Shown here in pieces: positions 59,966-64,000 of a stretch of 64,000 nt of DNA. A program made the position numbers and the translations under genes. How positions within the stretch are numbered: position 1 is the stretch's first letter; every line of letters begins with the position of its first letter. Origin of the DNA: Chara braunii (Eukaryota; Plantae; Charophyceae); NCBI GenBank assembly GCA_003427395.1, contig BFEA01000041.1, forward strand, positions 2,381,396 through 2,445,395. Reading direction: 5' to 3'. The notes beneath the pieces were generated by a model. That model saw only the letters and a program-made list of their open reading frames with translations, searched no databases and was not told the origin of the DNA.

Positions 59966-62890
59966 TGGTGGTGGTAAGAGAACCACCGGGATTGAGGCTT
60001 TGCCTAGCGGGCCGCTCCATCTATTGGTGGGGAGCAACACCTGCTGGAAACCGGGTCCAGATCTAAAATGAAGCTCCTGGGAGGATCTTGAACCATTCTT
60101 GAAAGGAAATGTGATAGTCCCTCTTGAAGGAGACATCTTCCCCTTCCACTCCTGGCCAAACCATATCTCCCAGTCTCTCCCCTGAGGTATCCCCCAGCCA
60201 GTCTGGTGTGAATTTTCCCTTTTTTTTATATTATATATATCCATTTTTTAGTGTGGATTCTGTAAATCTTGTTTTAATTTGACCCAAATTGAATGTGCCC
60301 CAATTTCCGTTTGGATAAACTGTTGGATGAGTTCAGAGACCCTCTCCTTCTATTCTCACTTTGTCCAGAATATGGACACATCATTTGTGCCACAGTGTCC
60401 ACACCACAACTTTTCGTCCTAAATTTTAAAAGGTTTTGTTGAAAAACTGATAAGTCAATTATAACCGGGTTCCAGTGACCCAGCAGGATCGCTTTCCAAT
60501 TCCAAGGCCAGTCTAACCCTGTTAGTTTGTTGAACTTTGTTCTTCCCACAATCCCATCTTCTCCACAACAATTTTGCCCCTCGACATTGTAGGAAAAAGT
60601 GTTTTGTTGTTTACTTGATTTTCCTACTTGAAAATACTTCCACACAAGCTTGACACCAAGGGAGAGTTTATCCTTTTTTGCTCTAGAGACAAATGATCTG
60701 TCAGGCAATCATTTGTCGGCATCTATGAGATATCTGCCATTGTAGAGAGGCAAATTTTGTCGGTCTTTCGTTGAATTCTTTACAACATGAGATTGGCTTA
60801 AGTGAATCTAGGTAAATGTTCAAATCCCTAGCCCACTTTCCTACATTATTGCATATACATCCACTCTAGCTTTGAGCAATCGATAAGAGGCTTTGACCAT
60901 CAATGTTTGCAACTTTTGCGGCTTGTTTCTCCTTGAGGACCTCCAGACCCACTCCGCTGGATCCAAAGGAAGCTCTGAAATAAGGATGTCAGACAAAAAC
61001 ACTCTCCACCCTTTTGAAGAGGAACAAAACACCACCCGGATCCTGTACATAGAATTTGGAAAGAGAAAGGAAACACAATTTTGTTGTGTCTGTAAGAATG
61101 TATGGTTCTTATGAACCATGAACAAATTTATTCGTGCCCCATCCAACCGTGTGTCACCGATTGGACCTACTAATTTGGTTCCATCTGGTCTGACTCCACA
61201 TACCCAGTCAACCTCCAAAAATATCAGCCCTATCCTTAAGGCTACCGAGTCTAGTACCGACCAAGCTCAAGGGAGGGAAGAAAGGATGTGATGTAGATTC
61301 TCCTGATTTCTTCGCGCAACATTTCTACCGATTTCCAATTCTTCACCACCACGTCACATAACGCTCTGATTCTCACAATGGCATGTTTAACCCATGTGGT
61401 TCAGAGGGAATCAGAGTTGATGTATACTCTCCCATTTATATCAGTTGTCTAACGGTTTCCAAACATAGGTTGACGAAAAATTTCATCATATCTCGAGGGA
61501 GGAGTTCTGCTAGGTATCAGGATCTTGCCCTAGGATTTTAACAAAACTATCCAGAAATTATCCAGCACAAAACACATGATCGGTGGATATCTTCCAACGG
61601 GGTTCATCCACCAGAGGAACCAAGGGTTAAATGGATGTTTTTAGATGCGTCAATCAGGTTTTTGTGGGTGCTTCTAGCGGCTCAGGGTAAACCAAATACA
61701 AATGATGTTTGATCACGACACCAACCCTTAAAAAAATAGAGAGTTGTAAAAAGAAACACACTTCTTTGTTTGGCAGAAAACGTTTCATTAACAATGTTGC
61801 ACTGACGTCCATTTGTTACGAGTCTCCCAGCTGATCCTTAAACAAAACCCCTCATAAAGAATTGAAGAAATATCTTACCGCCTTTCTTTGAAGAGGAGAG
61901 CATGAATCCCTCATCTAACCCAAAGCAAAGGGAGGCTTAGAGATTTTAGATTCAATGTTACAATGTTTGTCTCTTCCACTTCAATTGCTAAAACGCTTAC
62001 GACAACCCCACTTTATCACCATATCTAATACTTGGGAAGTTGGGAGAAATGATTTATTAAAACTTTGATTTCCTCTAGATTCTTTTGTGAGGCTTCCATC
62101 ATAATGGTTAAATCATAAGCAAACATGGAATAAAGGGGTATAGCTTCCTTAGGGATATCTGAGATCTGTAGGCGATTTATACTAGGATTAGATCTTAGGT
62201 TTACTCATAAGGCTTCCATAATGATGACAAAGAGGAAGGATGTTAATGGATCCCCTTGACGTACCGATCTCTGAAGTATAATCTCAGGGGAAAGTAACCC
62301 ATTTACATGACTCCTTGTAATTGCATTAAAATGATTAAAGTGAAGAATTTGAACCCACCTTCATATGATAGGCCTAATATTCATTCTTTCCAAACAAGTG
62401 TCTAAGAAATTGCAGTTAACATGGTTACACACTTTTTTCAAGTCAATGAATATAAAGGCAACGTTTCGACGGTTTTGTCCCGAAAATCTTAACCATGTAA
62501 CTAATTAACAAAATATTGTCATGAATATTCCTTCCGCTAATAAACAGTGTCTCAGAGGGATGCATTATATCTGTCATGACCGGTATAAAGCAATTAGTTA
62601 GAGTTTTAGTTAGCATCTTGTAGACTACTGTCAGAAGTGCGATGGGCCTATAGTTTCTTATATTTCTCTTATCCTACAGAATCATAATTCCTTGTCCTAC
62701 CATCTCACCCATTTGACCAGAAACCTGAATCCATTTATAATATTTTAATATATCATATGAAAAGGTGGGCCACATGATTCCACAAAATTCCTTTGAGAGA
62801 TCATTCACTTTTAGAGCCTTGTCCTCTTCCATTTGCAACAATGCAGTCAAGATTTTTTGTTTTGTTATTGGTCTATCCAACTCTTCCTTT
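59966..62890 (-). mobile_element. LINE F: heavily decayed C/D-family element (RT to 3' tail)
   Basis: NYRPIALL, IDLKK, SVRQGDPL, FAYDLTI, LPLDPAEWVW and WNWKAILLGHW; tail module at 59966-60060; unrelated insert at ~61700-62050. Confidence 0.82.
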
Positions 62891-63529
62891 TATTGTTGCG
62901 ACAAAGATTGAAAAAAAAAACTCTATAAAATCTTTCAAAAAGCGCAGGTGTCACGGTACCACAGAGAACAACCAAACAAATTATACAAAGGAGCGTTAGC
63001 TGTAGTTAGATAATCTGTTCGATTTCAGATAGGTGATCGTAGGCGTCAATCGTTCTATTCTTTTTTGCTTCAAACTCATCAATCTTGGAGGTAAACAGAT
63101 CTTTCAAAAAGTTATATGTTATTTTGAGACTAGAGGGAGAGACGAAAGTGCATAAGACGCGAGAGAGACTAGAGGATGTCGTGGAAAGTGGATTGAGGTT
63201 GCCTTGACCGAGGAAGCGAGGATGATTGGACAAATCTAGGCAACCGTGGACAATGGGATGGAGGATGAAGGAAAGGAGGAGGGGATGGAGAGCGGGAGGG
63301 ACAAGATGTAAATGAGTTCAGCTTGACCTTGTTGAGAAGAGAGAGTGTAATACAGGCGGAAAACTTTATGGGTAATGAGCTTGGTGGGTACAAGGTGTGA
63401 AGGAAGGATTGTTTCACCAAGGGTTGCAACGGGAAATAGTAGGTCTTTTGGACTGATTGTTTTCTTTGTCGTGTAATGCATTAATGATTTGCAATAGCTA
63501 CGTTAGTGTATATGTTTGCTTATGAGGTA

Positions 63530-63830
63530 GCATGTCAAGAATCTGGAAGCGAATTTCACCCAGATAAGGGAGGTCATACCCTTAAATTGGGAAGCGGCGC
63601 TAAACAAGGGCCCCACACTTACAACAAAATGATTGGGTTACCGATGCCTCATCTCAACTAATACCCATGACAATCTACAAAATACATCAGACAATGGACT
63701 TTTTCACACACCTGTTGGCCTATGACCCAGATCTGCCAGCTGCTAGGTTGGCACAGGGGAAAATACAAACAGCTAGACTGCCAAAGCCCTATGTAAGATC
63801 TTTATGGGGGGTAGTGGGCAACAAAGGAAA
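63530..63830 (+). mobile_element. LINE ORF2 fragment related to LINE E
   Basis: IREVIPLNWEAALNKGPTL...PMTIYKIHQ parallels VQEAIPLAWIIALRRGPTI...PMTIFKVEQ at 15660-15790. Confidence 0.6.
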
Positions 63831-63899
63831 AGGGATTTTTTCGTCTTTGAATAAGAAGTCAAAATTTGCTAAGTCTGAAGTATTATACTTAGAAGTTAT

Positions 63900-63944
<45 letters not shown>

Positions 63945-64000
63945 CTCAAAACATATCACAAATGAAGAAGGATTAAAAAATCATTAAGCCGCCAGTACAC

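Noticed and set aside
47911-64000. Final SWEET exon (PNG.G..LG..QL.LY)
   Set aside because: No matching acceptor plus motif was found; it is probably beyond the window or in the 59510-59965 gap.

Overview
Repeat-dense eukaryotic draft-assembly DNA with five long N-gaps and three Nextera mate-pair junction adapter remnants. The plant-type SWEET exon structure, very long TE-filled introns and plant-type L1 ORF1 suggest a streptophyte such as a charophyte alga (inference only). The only host gene I can support is a + strand SWEET/MtN3 sugar transporter. Three internal exons are visible (584-800, 4114-4272, 47791-47910), separated by a 3.3 kb and a ~43.5 kb intron, and the first and last exons were not found in the window. 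The introns hold two full-length decayed L1-clade LINEs (A, minus, ~5.6-13.3 kb; B, plus, ~37.0-45.3 kb), several truncated LINEs of other families, a tRNA-derived SINE, TTAA-flanked MITEs, a Harbinger-type fold-back element split by a LINE, a CACTA-like element and microsatellites. The most notable signal is a ~53-nt 3'-terminal RNA module (hairpin plus H-type pseudoknot) with compensatory base changes in all three stems. It is shared by divergent LINE families, by many tail-only insertions, and by a 3.6 kb TSD-flanked poly(A) retroposon with no RT. ORF1 of LINEs A/B also ends in an extra conserved domain with a degenerate Nudix-like pattern.
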